Assembly (NCBI GenBank): GCA_965198225.1
Contig: CBDAOY010000005.1
Location: forward strand, 608,001 to 672,000
Origin: Terriglobia bacterium
Lineage (GTDB): Bacteria; Acidobacteriota; Terriglobia; 20CM-2-55-15
Direction: 5' to 3'
DNA: 64,000 bases
Program-made: the position numbers and the translations under genes
Notes under the pieces: generated by a model
The model's input: the letters and a program-made list of their open reading frames with translations, nothing else
The model's database searches: none
Told to the model about the DNA's origin: nothing
In this document: positions 51,275 to 60,513 of the stretch, in pieces
Numbering within the stretch: the first letter of the stretch is position 1
How the letters are laid out: every line of letters starts with the position of its first letter

Positions 51275-51613
51275 CTACCAACCAGGGAATACGGTTCCGG
51301 GTCCTCCCGGCTCGGGCTTGAACTGGTCAAATACGTTATCCCCACCAGATACGCCGCCGGCGACGGCTTCCAATTCTTCGTCGGAGAGTTCAGCTTCCAA
51401 GACGCCCTTCTGGATCATGTCCCGCTTGAGGCTTGCGCGAACTTCGAAGATCTCCTCGGCAGTGAAATCAAATCCTCGAGCCACTCCGACTCCGGACACA
51501 GCGCTAGCCGCAGCCAGACCTTCTTTCCCGTCGACTGCGATGCGGATTTCCTCCTGCATCGCAGCGTCTGCCCAGGCGGTCTCGAGGAACTTCAACGTCT
51601 TTTCGATACTCAT
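51275..51613 (-). CDS. Nif11-like leader RiPP precursor peptide
   Basis: MS.E....FLE....D..MQEE...ARGFDFTAEE...ELSDEELEAVAGG leader; core VSGGDNVFDQFKPEPGGPGTVFPGW; AAGGAG RBS. Confidence 0.9.
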   Translation of the reverse strand: MSIEKTLKFLETAWADAAMQEEIRIAVDGKEGLAAASAVSGVGVARGFDFTAEEIFEVRASLKRDMIQKGVLEAELSDEELEAVAGGVSGGDNVFDQFKPEPGGPGTVFPGW

Positions 51614-51684
51614 GCCACACTCCTTAAATCGCGAGCGGTGATGCGCTCGAACTCGTTCCAGAATCATTCGGTGTCGGAGGGGAG

Positions 51685-52773
51685 TCAACATATTTCCCGA
51701 AGGTCGGCCGTCGCCATCTCTTCCAGGGTCAGGCGAAACAGCGCCGAGACCAGAATGCCCTCCCTCCTGCCGTCGCCGTCGTCGGACACCGTGACCCGTT
51801 CCAGATTTCGAGCGGCCTGGACCAGGAGCGATTGCAACACACGGAAAGCGCCGTCACTCAGACCGGGTTTGCCGCGGTAGTAGTCCAGGCGGCCGCTGGG
51901 CCGGTAAGCCGGGTGGTCCTCGAGTCCCATGAAACGAAGGAACCAGTCGGCGCGGTAGTGTCCGAGCGCGCGGACGATGCCGACGTAGTCGGCCACGACT
52001 TCATCCACGACGTTGTTGCCGATCGAGTCGAAAACGCGCTTCGTGAAATAGTGTGTGCACTCGTGGTGGAGACGGATCTTCTCGGACAACCGAAGCCATT
52101 CGGCATCGGCCAGGCCGAGGTCGGACGCCGCCACCGCGCTGTATGGTCCCTCGCTCAGGAGGATGAAGCGATCCTGGTAGAGTTCCTTCTTATCCTGCAC
52201 GTTTTTGAATTCGTGTTCCCATGCCGCGCCTGGATTTCGCTCTTCCCAGCTCCGCCGGTAGAGATGCAGCCGGTCCCAGTTGTTGTAACCAGTGACGGTC
52301 ATCGCACCGACGGACCCCGGAATCGGATCCGGCTCGTTCCGTCTCGTCGTGGCCCTCAAGATGTTCTCGAAATCATCTCGATCGGCGATCGCGATCACCG
52401 GGATCCGTCCCGCGGCGGTCGGGTGCAGAAAAAGCCGGATCCGATCGGGCCGGTTCAACGGCAAACCTGTCGCGAGCGGGCAGGAGCTCAGCGACTGGCC
52501 GCGCCGGACGACCGCGCGGTAGGCGGGCTCTTCGCTGATCCCCTCCCGGATCGGAAAGCCGAGCTGGACGATCGGTTCCCGAAGCGCCACGGCAGCGCCT
52601 TCCTCCTGGGCCCTCGTGGTGTAGCGCTCCCACCGTTCGACGAAGGGCTCGTCTTCCATCGGGAACTCCATCGGGCTTGGGGGCTCCTGGATAGTCCTGT
52701 CGCCGTACCCGAGCAGCTCGTCGACCTCGGAAGGCGTGGCCCCGAAATCAGTAAGAATGTCTCGTCTGGGCAA
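51685..52773 (-). CDS. Uncharacterised HExxH protein (resembles the family I recall as DUF7005; unverified), putative RiPP-associated enzyme
   Basis: IRLHHECTHYF...DE.VADY.G motif; AGRIPV, RNEP, GYNNWDR, YQDRFILLS.GPYS; directly upstream of the precursor. Confidence 0.75.
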   Translation of the reverse strand: MPRRDILTDFGATPSEVDELLGYGDRTIQEPPSPMEFPMEDEPFVERWERYTTRAQEEGAAVALREPIVQLGFPIREGISEEPAYRAVVRRGQSLSSCPLATGLPLNRPDRIRLFLHPTAAGRIPVIAIADRDDFENILRATTRRNEPDPIPGSVGAMTVTGYNNWDRLHLYRRSWEERNPGAAWEHEFKNVQDKKELYQDRFILLSEGPYSAVAASDLGLADAEWLRLSEKIRLHHECTHYFTKRVFDSIGNNVVDEVVADYVGIVRALGHYRADWFLRFMGLEDHPAYRPSGRLDYYRGKPGLSDGAFRVLQSLLVQAARNLERVTVSDDGDGRREGILVSALFRLTLEEMATADLREIC

Positions 52774-52864
52774 CGGCTATAGCGGTGCGGCTTCGAGGAT
52801 GAACACCCCGAGCCTTGTCGGAACAGTTCTGGCCAGAGTCCTACGGGTGTTGGCAAGCGGCCTA

Positions 52865-53133
52865 CTAGTAGCCTGTAACAGAGATAGTGACAGCGTCGAC
52901 GATGGGCCTTGCGGGTCCTCTCCCGATTCGTCGCAGATGGAAAACATCGCTGTTTCCTAGCTCCTCTGCGTGGCTGCCAAGGCCCATCGTCCCTTCGGGT
53001 TGCGGCGGAACAGCACCGTCTTCGTCGTCGCGCCTTCTCGCAATGAAGCTGCATTACCTCGGGCCGCGCTCCTAGAATCCGGTACCGTTGCGCTCGCAAC
53101 GCCACTATCACTCTCTCTTTTACAGGTCACTAG
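52865..53133 (-). mobile_element. MITE, copy B (inverted relative to copy A)
   Basis: Reverse-complement homolog of 47023-47291 with CTAG at both ends. Confidence 0.82.
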
Positions 53134-53139
53134 ACGGAC

Positions 53140-53823
53140 TCATTCCACGAAGGCACGGTTTATGTAATCCAATTCCGGGTAGTTCTCCAGCAGGTAGGCG
53201 CTGCCGCCTTCCTCGACCGGTCCCTGATTGCCGGCCCGCATACCGCCGCCGGCTTCCTCCCCGTAGCCGCCATAGAGCCGGTTGACGATATCCATGCCTT
53301 CGACGACTCGTCCGAACGGCGCGAAACCCTGCTCATCCAGACGGGAATTGTCGGCCAGGCTGATGTAAACCTGGGTCAACCGGGTGTCCGGTCCTGTCAT
53401 GGCGTAGGCGATGGCTCCTCTCGTATTGCTCTCGACGACCGGGTCGTCGGGTATTTCTTGACCTTTCCACACCCGCGTCACTTCTGGATCGCCCGACAGC
53501 CCCCATTGCGCGATAAAGCCCGGGATCACGCGGCTGAATCGCTGGCCGTCGTAAAATCCGTGACGGACCAGATTGTAGAAACGGTCCGCACCGATAGGGG
53601 CCCACACTCGATGGACCTCGATGATGAAGGTTCCCTGGCTGCTCTCAAACCGGGCCTGGAACGATTCGGGCGCCTCCTCCTTCCAGGCAGGGTGCGCCGG
53701 GTCGAGTAAGACTTCTCCGGCCTCGTCCGGTGTCTCGACGGGCGGGTCCGGTTCGTTCGTGACGCCGCACGCTCCCAGGGCTATCGTCGCAGACAGCACG
53801 GGCACCGAACGAAGAAATATCAA
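53140..53823 (-). CDS. Cyclophilin-type peptidyl-prolyl isomerase (lipoprotein)
   Basis: Lipobox LGAC; WAPIGADRFYNLV..GFYD...F.RVIPGFIAQWG, FAPFGRVVEGM. Confidence 0.92.
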   Translation of the reverse strand: MIFLRSVPVLSATIALGACGVTNEPDPPVETPDEAGEVLLDPAHPAWKEEAPESFQARFESSQGTFIIEVHRVWAPIGADRFYNLVRHGFYDGQRFSRVIPGFIAQWGLSGDPEVTRVWKGQEIPDDPVVESNTRGAIAYAMTGPDTRLTQVYISLADNSRLDEQGFAPFGRVVEGMDIVNRLYGGYGEEAGGGMRAGNQGPVEEGGSAYLLENYPELDYINRAFVE

Positions 53824-54122
53824 ATGACAACCTCGAACCCCTCGAATTGCGGCGGTCCCAGGTAGGTTCCTTCCGGAGCCCGGCCCCGGGCGTGGGCCTT
53901 CTGAAAGGCCTCCGATTCCGTCCAGGCGACAAAGGCCTCTTTCGATTCCCAGACCGAGTGCGACGAGTACAGCGTGAAGCTTTCCTCGCTTTCCCCCTTG
54001 AGCAGATGAAAATCCTTGAACCCGGCCACTTCGTCCAGGAAAGACTGACGCCCGCGCCAGATGTTTTCAAAATCCTCTTCGTGTCCCGGTGCAATCCGGA
54101 ACCGGTTCATTGCGATATACAT
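53820..54122 (-). CDS. Antibiotic biosynthesis monooxygenase / heme-degrading monooxygenase family protein
   Basis: MYIAMNRF.I..G.E..FE..W..R.S.L..V.GF..FHLL...W.S.EAF.AWT.SEAF..AH. Confidence 0.88.
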   Translation of the reverse strand: MYIAMNRFRIAPGHEEDFENIWRGRQSFLDEVAGFKDFHLLKGESEESFTLYSSHSVWESKEAFVAWTESEAFQKAHARGRAPEGTYLGPPQFEGFEVVI

Positions 54123-54154
54123 GGTTAGGACTCCAATCAGAGAGTTAAAAGTAG

Positions 54155-54210
54155 TGTAGGTGCGCTCTATGAGCGCACGTGTTCCGGTTCGAAGAATGTG
54201 CGGTCTGACA
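54155..54210. repeat. GTAG-family REP, partial doublet
   Basis: TGTAGGTGCGCTCTATGAGCGCAC...GAAGAATGTGCGGTC. Confidence 0.7.
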
Positions 54211-54216
54211 AACCCA

Positions 54217-54540
54217 TCAACTGCGTGACGCTCTCCAGGAACGTAGCCAGCCTCCCCTCAGCGCGAACCTGGGAAATGTGACGAACTGCTCGATGAAGAG
54301 GCGGCGGATGAAATCGCCGGCGCCCGCGAAAGGCTTCGGGGGGACTGCTTCCTTCCTGTGCCCGTATCCCTGAAGCCCGAGGCCGGCAAGCATCATGATG
54401 ACACCGACTATCCCGTGAGCCGCGTCAATCATCACGATCGCATAAAGAACCGAAAGCGCCCCGACCGCGAACGCGGGAACCATGACGATGTGGATCAGGA
54501 GGTTCGTGGGGTTCGCGTGTTGTCTGGCGTATTCGTCCAC
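54217..54540 (-). CDS. Mpo1/DUF962-like membrane protein
   Basis: Y...H.NP.NL.IH...VP, LQG.GH..E..PP.PF. Confidence 0.75.
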   Translation of the reverse strand: MDEYARQHANPTNLLIHIVMVPAFAVGALSVLYAIVMIDAAHGIVGVIMMLAGLGLQGYGHRKEAVPPKPFAGAGDFIRRLFIEQFVTFPRFALRGGWLRSWRASRS

Positions 54541-54807
54541 GTTTTTTCCTGCCGCGAAGTGCAGAACAGGTTTACAGAACCCGTGCGCTTTTGCAACACG
54601 CTGCAGGCGAACTCGTCGTCAACGCTGTCGCGGATGCGGATCCCAGTGAGATTCCTCGGTCGGAATGTATGTGATCGGAGGCGTGTGTTTCTTGAAGGCC
54701 TTCCGAGTCGCCGTATCCAGCTTTCGGAACACCTGTGGGGTCATGGCAAACCCTTTGGACTGGAGCACCGCGGTCGTATTGACGACTTCGCTATTATCCG
54801 ATAAGTG

Positions 54808-55194
54808 TCACCACTTCGAAAGGCGCAACGTTGCATATGCTGCGAGTGTCACCAGGTGAAAACCCACCAGGCCCCGAATGTTCGCGAGATCCTCAGCGGT
54901 AGTCACGAACTGAGTCGGGAAGCCCAGGTACAGAACCAGTTGAGAAGTGGAGGCAAGGAAGAAACAAGCCACTCCCCAGTGGGTACGCTGCCAGGCTCCA
55001 ACGACAACCATCGCGTCCAGCGTCAGGCAGACGACGTCGAGGATCAGGAAGCCGACGGGTGCTTGCGAAGGGGGGATGCTCCCGAAGCCGAGCAGGTTGC
55101 CGAGGTGGACCAGGCCACCGAAGAGGTACGCCACCGCGATCAGTCTTAGAAAATAGCCGATGAATACGCCTGAGCCCGGATCAAATACCCACAT
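54808..55194 (-). CDS. Hypothetical four-TM membrane protein
   Basis: Four hydrophobic segments; GAGGA upstream. Confidence 0.55.
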   Translation of the reverse strand: MWVFDPGSGVFIGYFLRLIAVAYLFGGLVHLGNLLGFGSIPPSQAPVGFLILDVVCLTLDAMVVVGAWQRTHWGVACFFLASTSQLVLYLGFPTQFVTTAEDLANIRGLVGFHLVTLAAYATLRLSKW

Positions 55195-55237
55195 CTGTCA
55201 TGTCCTCAGCCGTCGGCCCCGGCCGGGCTCTAGCTAG

Positions 55238-56260
55238 CTAGTCGAAGATCGACTTCGCGATCTTCGCGTGGATGCCTTTCGTCCCATCCACGAGCTGCGT
55301 GACGGCCAGGTCCATGGCCAGAGAACACAGGATGTAGGCCCTCCCTCGTTCCAGTCCCTTTTCGGTAACCAGGAAGTCGATCATCTCGCGTGTGGCCATT
55401 TCGGCCGCCCTGTCCAGGTCGGGATGCAGCCCCATCGTGATGTAGTGCGTGGGGGTCTCAGCGCGGGGCCGCGTGAGCGTACGGTCCTTGTGCAGGATGA
55501 TTCGGACCGTCCCGCGCAGGGAGGTCTCGAGTGCAGTCAGTGCGACCTCGCCGTCGCCTTGTAGCGCGTGACCGTCGCCGAACGAAAGCAGGGCTCCCGG
55601 TACGTGGACAGGCAGGTACAGTGTCGATCCCGCGACGAGATCCTTGTTGTCGATGTTTCCGACATGGTGTCCCGGCGGGTTGGTGTTGATCCGGCCGAGA
55701 AGCGGGTGCGGGCCGACGCCGATCGAACCGAAAAAGGGTGCGAGCTTCAGCGTGATGCCCGGAGCGAACGCCGCCGTCCCGGTTTCGGGATCGAACCGCG
55801 TGAACTTCAAACGCATGTACGGGAATTCATCCGGGAGCGTTCCGAACCCCGGCAGAAAGTAACTCACGCCGAAGGGATGGAGGAACTCGAAAGCCAGGAT
55901 CTGCACCTCGACCACATCTCCCGGCTCGGCGCCTTCGACATAGATCGGACCCGTCATCGGGTGCGCGCCCGGGCCGCGATCCTGGACCGCCTCCTCGACC
56001 ACTTTCAAGGCCTCCGGGATCTCATCCTCGGGCGCGCCGGAGAGTCGAAGTCGTTCCAGTCCCCTGGCAAGGAGGGTCTCCACGCGAACGGTGTCGCCGG
56101 ACGCGATCGTCAGAACCGGCTCCAGTCCGCCGTCGTAGTAGCCCCAGTGAACCCGTTCCGGAGTCACACCCAGATCGTGGGTTCGTTGAAAAGCCGCCGC
56201 TGACGCGCTGGTCAGAGCAAGAGATGCTGTCAGTAGCACGAGCCGGGAGATGTATTTCAT
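55238..56260 (-). CDS. Acetamidase/formamidase family protein
   Basis: HPMTGPIYVEGAEPGD, GNIDNK, GDGHALQGDGEV..TALE. Confidence 0.92.
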   Translation of the reverse strand: MKYISRLVLLTASLALTSASAAAFQRTHDLGVTPERVHWGYYDGGLEPVLTIASGDTVRVETLLARGLERLRLSGAPEDEIPEALKVVEEAVQDRGPGAHPMTGPIYVEGAEPGDVVEVQILAFEFLHPFGVSYFLPGFGTLPDEFPYMRLKFTRFDPETGTAAFAPGITLKLAPFFGSIGVGPHPLLGRINTNPPGHHVGNIDNKDLVAGSTLYLPVHVPGALLSFGDGHALQGDGEVALTALETSLRGTVRIILHKDRTLTRPRAETPTHYITMGLHPDLDRAAEMATREMIDFLVTEKGLERGRAYILCSLAMDLAVTQLVDGTKGIHAKIAKSIFD

Positions 56261-56308
56261 TTCAATGTCCAGTTGTTTTGATGGAGAAACTAAGTCTTAA
56301 AAAGGAGG

Positions 56309-56411
56309 TGTAGGTGCGCTCTATGAGCGCACATCCCTCATTGCTGAAGATTGTGCGGTCATAGACCGCACCTACACACTGAAGACTGTGCGGTCATAGA
56401 TCGCACCTACA
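56309..56411. repeat. GTAG-family REP cluster (one forward, two inverted units)
   Basis: TGTAGGTGCGCTCTATGAGCGCAC, then twice TGTGCGGTCATAGA(C/T)CGCACCTACA. Confidence 0.8.
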
Positions 56412-56418
56412 TATTTTT

Positions 56419-57798
56419 TCAGTTCGAGTCCGTTTCCTCTTCCTTGCGCTGGACCAGGTCGCTGCGTGTCAGGCGAATCTTGTCGAAACTCTCGGCAGAG
56501 ATGACGTAGTACCAATCGGCGAATCGGGCGTTGAGATCGTCCGATCGTGCCTGCCCGTCTTCGACCTTCTTCTGCCACTCGTCGTGAGCGTCCCGCCGCT
56601 CTTTGTTCCGCCGGTCGGCATCGGTCCAATCGTCCTCCGCCTTTTCCGCGAAGCCGGTGTTCGAAGGTTCCGCCGGCTCGGGAAACAGGCGGGGGTCGAA
56701 AGTCGTGGTGATGAAGAGATACCGATTCTCACCCGGGCCTTGAGGATCGTCAACGTCCGTGGAGCTACCCGCGCTTACGTCGTCTCCCGTTCCGTAGAGA
56801 ACCTCTCCGAAGCGAAGCGTATAGGTCACTCCCTCGCTGTCGCGCGCTTCGAGCTCGCCTTCATTCGACAGCAGTTGTCCCGTGTTGGCAAAATAGTATC
56901 CCGCACCCCGCAGGGAGAGCAGATCCGATTGGGAAATGGTGATGCCTCCACTCGATCGCATCAGACTCTGGGAGAGTCCCTCCGGTTTTGGTCGCACTCC
57001 CACGATCGACAACCCGTCGAGTTCTCCCAACAGATCGTTCATTTTGTTGGCTGCCACTTCCTGGTTTGCAGCCATTCGGTCGGCCCGCCAGGTGTCTTCG
57101 ACTTTTTCCAGCGTCAGGGTGTCTCGCTGATTGACCGATCCGGTGCGCTCATTGATCGAGTAGTCTTTCAGCAGCAGCCTGTCGAGTTTGTCCCTGTCGA
57201 CTTGAAGCAGGTCGCGCTCGATCCAATCCTGGAACTGAGTCGAGATATCCATATCCATCCGGGAAACATAGACACGCGTCTGTTCAGGGAGCCGGACGAA
57301 CCGGAGACCGGGTCGGCCATCGGGTTCGTTGCCGACGATCAGGTCGGCGAGAACCTGGTCGTTCTCGTCTCTGACCGTCACGCGCTTGCCGCGACCGGAA
57401 AGCGTGCTGACCGATTCGTCCAGCGGATCCACCACACCCAGCGCTTCATGGTCGGCGATGATGTTTGAACGATAGTCGTCCTTCTTGATGTCGATCAGGC
57501 CTGCGGCTGTCTGGGCGAGACGGTCCTTTCCGTCGGCGGGATACTCGTGGTGCGACGGGATGGTCCACGTCCCGTCGTTGAAGGTCACCTTGAATGGCCG
57601 TGCGGTACCCGTTGCCTCGTCGAAATCGATGACTTCCAGGGTCGTGGCGGCGTTTGGGTCTGTAAAGTCGGGGAAGAATGGCTCATCCCGATCCAGAAAG
57701 TCCTCCGGTGTGACATTGCCTGGCGCGGTCAGGAAAGCGACCAGGACCAGAAAGACGGCGATCCCACCGTACGCCATGGTTTTTCGTTCTTCGGTCAT
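56419..57798 (-). CDS. DUF4340-like protein associated with Gld-type ABC systems
   Basis: N-terminal TM; W.IPSH..YPAD, F.DWIE.DLL, RFADWYYVIS; last gene of the gldA-gldF/G-like operon. Confidence 0.75.
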   Translation of the reverse strand: MTEERKTMAYGGIAVFLVLVAFLTAPGNVTPEDFLDRDEPFFPDFTDPNAATTLEVIDFDEATGTARPFKVTFNDGTWTIPSHHEYPADGKDRLAQTAAGLIDIKKDDYRSNIIADHEALGVVDPLDESVSTLSGRGKRVTVRDENDQVLADLIVGNEPDGRPGLRFVRLPEQTRVYVSRMDMDISTQFQDWIERDLLQVDRDKLDRLLLKDYSINERTGSVNQRDTLTLEKVEDTWRADRMAANQEVAANKMNDLLGELDGLSIVGVRPKPEGLSQSLMRSSGGITISQSDLLSLRGAGYYFANTGQLLSNEGELEARDSEGVTYTLRFGEVLYGTGDDVSAGSSTDVDDPQGPGENRYLFITTTFDPRLFPEPAEPSNTGFAEKAEDDWTDADRRNKERRDAHDEWQKKVEDGQARSDDLNARFADWYYVISAESFDKIRLTRSDLVQRKEEETDSN

Positions 57799-60506
57799 GC
57801 CCGCAATCTCCTGGCCGCTTCCGCACCCTCCCGTTCGCGCTGCCTGCGTCGCATGAAAATCACGACGCCCAGCGCGAACACCGGTAGCGGCGGAAGCAGC
57901 ACCGCGAGTGTCTTGATGTTGTTCTGGATGCGTCGAAGCTGCGTTTCCATATTTTCCTTGCTGCCGGCGATCTTTGCTTCCTTCTCGGCTTCGATGTTGG
58001 TGCGAAGGACTTCCAGCCTGCGGTTTTCCACTTCCTGGAGGTTGCGGGCCATGATCTGTTTCGTCTGCGCGTCCAGATCCGGCCGCCGCTGCACCTCACC
58101 GACGCGTTCGTTCAGGCGCTGCTGGGCTTCATTCAGCGCGGTCTGCGCGTCCGCCTCGGCCTGTTGCTCTTCCTCGAGCCGGGTTTCGATGTGGTTCCGT
58201 GTCTGCTCCTCGACGCGCTGGAGCGTGCGGTGGCGCATCCGTTTGTTTCTCAGGGCGACGAACGATTCGTCTCCCACCAGCACGTCGATGCAATTGAGGA
58301 AGAATGTGACGTTGTCGAAGCTGAAGTCCTCCGGAGCCTGTTCCCGAATCATGAAGAACTGCTCGGAGATGAAGTCCAGATCCGCGATGACGATAGCGTT
58401 GATACTCTTGCCGGCCGGTTCGGCAGGTTCCTGCGGGGAATCGGCGTTCGTTTCACCTGGCTCGTCGGCGCTCCCTTCTGCGGGTTCATTCGTAGTGCGG
58501 ACGTGCGCCGCCAGCACGAAGTCGTTTTCGTCCGGGCGGTGGGGCAGATTCGGGTTGATCTGCACCCCGAAGAAGCTTCGCTGGACCATCTGGAAGTAAG
58601 CCAGCTGCCCGGACGCGAAACCGGACCGCACGAGAGGCTGGAATTCGATACTGGAATCCACCGATTCGCTGAGGTGGCCGGGATAGAGGAGGACGAGTTC
58701 CTGCAGACCGGCGCTACTCGGGTTGTCGACGTTGAAGACGGACTCGTTCTCGTTGCCCTCCCCGAGGAAAACCACCTCCGGCGCCAGGTGGGCGAGGTCA
58801 GGGTGCGGGTTGTAGGAGTCCCACACGATCAGGTTCGAGTTCCAGGCCACCCCGATTGATGCCATGAATTCGGAAACGTTCCCCTTTTCCTTCGGCGGGG
58901 GCTGGTTTCCCATGAACGGATTGGTGTTGCCGCCGCGCTCGGAAGGAGACAGCCCCACGTTGACTACGGGCAGGGGGTCGACCAGAAGGAGTGTCGGTTT
59001 CCCGGTCTCGATGTAGGCGTGGACGACGTCCATCTCCTCCTGGGACATCGAAGACGGCAACACCACCAGGAGCCCGTCAACCTCTTCGGTGATCGGACCG
59101 TCCGGCGTTATCGGCACCACCTCGTATTGCTTCTTCAACTCTCGTAGCACACCCCATTCCGGGGTGCTGCGCATGGTCTGGAAGTCCATTCCACCGAACA
59201 GGTTGATCTGGGTGTTGACGACACCGATCCGTTTCCGATCCGCTTGCGCCACTACGCGTATGCTTCTCGTGATCTCGTACTCGGCCGGCAGCCCCCGATC
59301 CATGAAGGGAATCACCTGTTCCTGGGCTCCGGATGTAAAGGCCACGCCCAGAAAGACATCCGAGACACTCGTTCGCGCGCTCACGAGGTTGGGAACCTGT
59401 CGAGGGTTGATGCCGAACTTCTCCCTGGCGTCGCGGGCTGCTTCCGTGAAGGGTTCGGTTTCCTCGATGATCACTTCCACTCTCGGGCCGGCCATGGAGT
59501 CGATCTCCCGCAGGAGCCCGAGAAGGTTTTCGCGAGTCTGCACGTACTGTTCCGGTACTTCGGGGCTGATGAAAGCCTGGACGAACACCGGTCGATTCTC
59601 GGGGATCTCCCCGATCAACCGCCGGGTTTCAGGGCTGAGCGAATGAAGGCGTTCGGCCGTGACGTCCAGGCGCAGGCTCGCCCTGCCCATGATGGTGTTG
59701 GCCGAGATGACGATCAGGACCAGCGCCACCGCGCGGAGAGAGTGGTGCGCCCACATCGGATAGCCTGCCGACTGTCGAGGCCAGTGACGGCTGTCGATCA
59801 TCAGCACGTTGAGGTACAGCATCAGGCCACCCAGGGAGAGGAAGTAGAGCACCCCGGACAGGCTCACCACCCCCCTGGCAAAGTCGGGAAAATGGTTCCA
59901 GACACCCAGCGGGCTGAGGAGTTCGCTCAGGTTTTCACTAAAGGCTGCCGTGTAGGGAGTAAAGGTGAGGAGCGAGCAGAACAACGATCCCAATACGAAC
60001 GCGATCGTGAGGTTCGCGGTCAACTGCGACGCCAGCATCCCGACCGCAATCATGGCCGCTCCGATGAGCCAGTAGCCGATGTAGTTGCCCAGAACCAAGC
60101 CCAGATCCGGGCTCCCCAGCCAGAACAGGACGAACACATGGCTCAACGACAGTGCCAGCGAGGCCGTGTAAACGCCCAGCGTTGCAAGATACTTCCCGAG
60201 AACGACTTCCAGACTCGTCGCCGGAAGCGTTAGCAGGAGTTCATCGGTGGACTGTTTTCTTTCTTCCGCCCACACGCCCATGGTCAGCGCCGGGACGAAG
60301 AACACGAGGAGGTACGGGAAGATCGCGTTCAGGAGTCCAAGGGTGGCCAGGTTGTTCTGGAAAAACCGATCCATCCAGAAGGCCCCGGCCGCGCTGAGGA
60401 AGATAAAAAGCGTGATGAAAACGTATCCCGTCGGGTTCGTGAAATACTTCCGCAGGTCCCTTCGAACCAGCGCGCGGATGAACCCGGTGTTCAATTGAAT
60501 GGTCAC
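57795..60506 (-). CDS. GldF-GldG-like fused ABC permease/periplasmic component
   Basis: YF.NPTGYVF, WAEERKQ.TDELLLTLP, LD.T.ERLHSLS.ET, EYEITRSI. Confidence 0.88.
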   Translation of the reverse strand: MTIQLNTGFIRALVRRDLRKYFTNPTGYVFITLFIFLSAAGAFWMDRFFQNNLATLGLLNAIFPYLLVFFVPALTMGVWAEERKQSTDELLLTLPATSLEVVLGKYLATLGVYTASLALSLSHVFVLFWLGSPDLGLVLGNYIGYWLIGAAMIAVGMLASQLTANLTIAFVLGSLFCSLLTFTPYTAAFSENLSELLSPLGVWNHFPDFARGVVSLSGVLYFLSLGGLMLYLNVLMIDSRHWPRQSAGYPMWAHHSLRAVALVLIVISANTIMGRASLRLDVTAERLHSLSPETRRLIGEIPENRPVFVQAFISPEVPEQYVQTRENLLGLLREIDSMAGPRVEVIIEETEPFTEAARDAREKFGINPRQVPNLVSARTSVSDVFLGVAFTSGAQEQVIPFMDRGLPAEYEITRSIRVVAQADRKRIGVVNTQINLFGGMDFQTMRSTPEWGVLRELKKQYEVVPITPDGPITEEVDGLLVVLPSSMSQEEMDVVHAYIETGKPTLLLVDPLPVVNVGLSPSERGGNTNPFMGNQPPPKEKGNVSEFMASIGVAWNSNLIVWDSYNPHPDLAHLAPEVVFLGEGNENESVFNVDNPSSAGLQELVLLYPGHLSESVDSSIEFQPLVRSGFASGQLAYFQMVQRSFFGVQINPNLPHRPDENDFVLAAHVRTTNEPAEGSADEPGETNADSPQEPAEPAGKSINAIVIADLDFISEQFFMIREQAPEDFSFDNVTFFLNCIDVLVGDESFVALRNKRMRHRTLQRVEEQTRNHIETRLEEEQQAEADAQTALNEAQQRLNERVGEVQRRPDLDAQTKQIMARNLQEVENRRLEVLRTNIEAEKEAKIAGSKENMETQLRRIQNNIKTLAVLLPPLPVFALGVVIFMRRRQREREGAEAARRLRA

Positions 60507-60513
60507 TTCCCTC

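Noticed and set aside
56309-56411. CRISPR-like repeats
   Set aside because: Units are palindromic GTAG REPs in mixed orientation without unique constant-length spacers; no cas genes.
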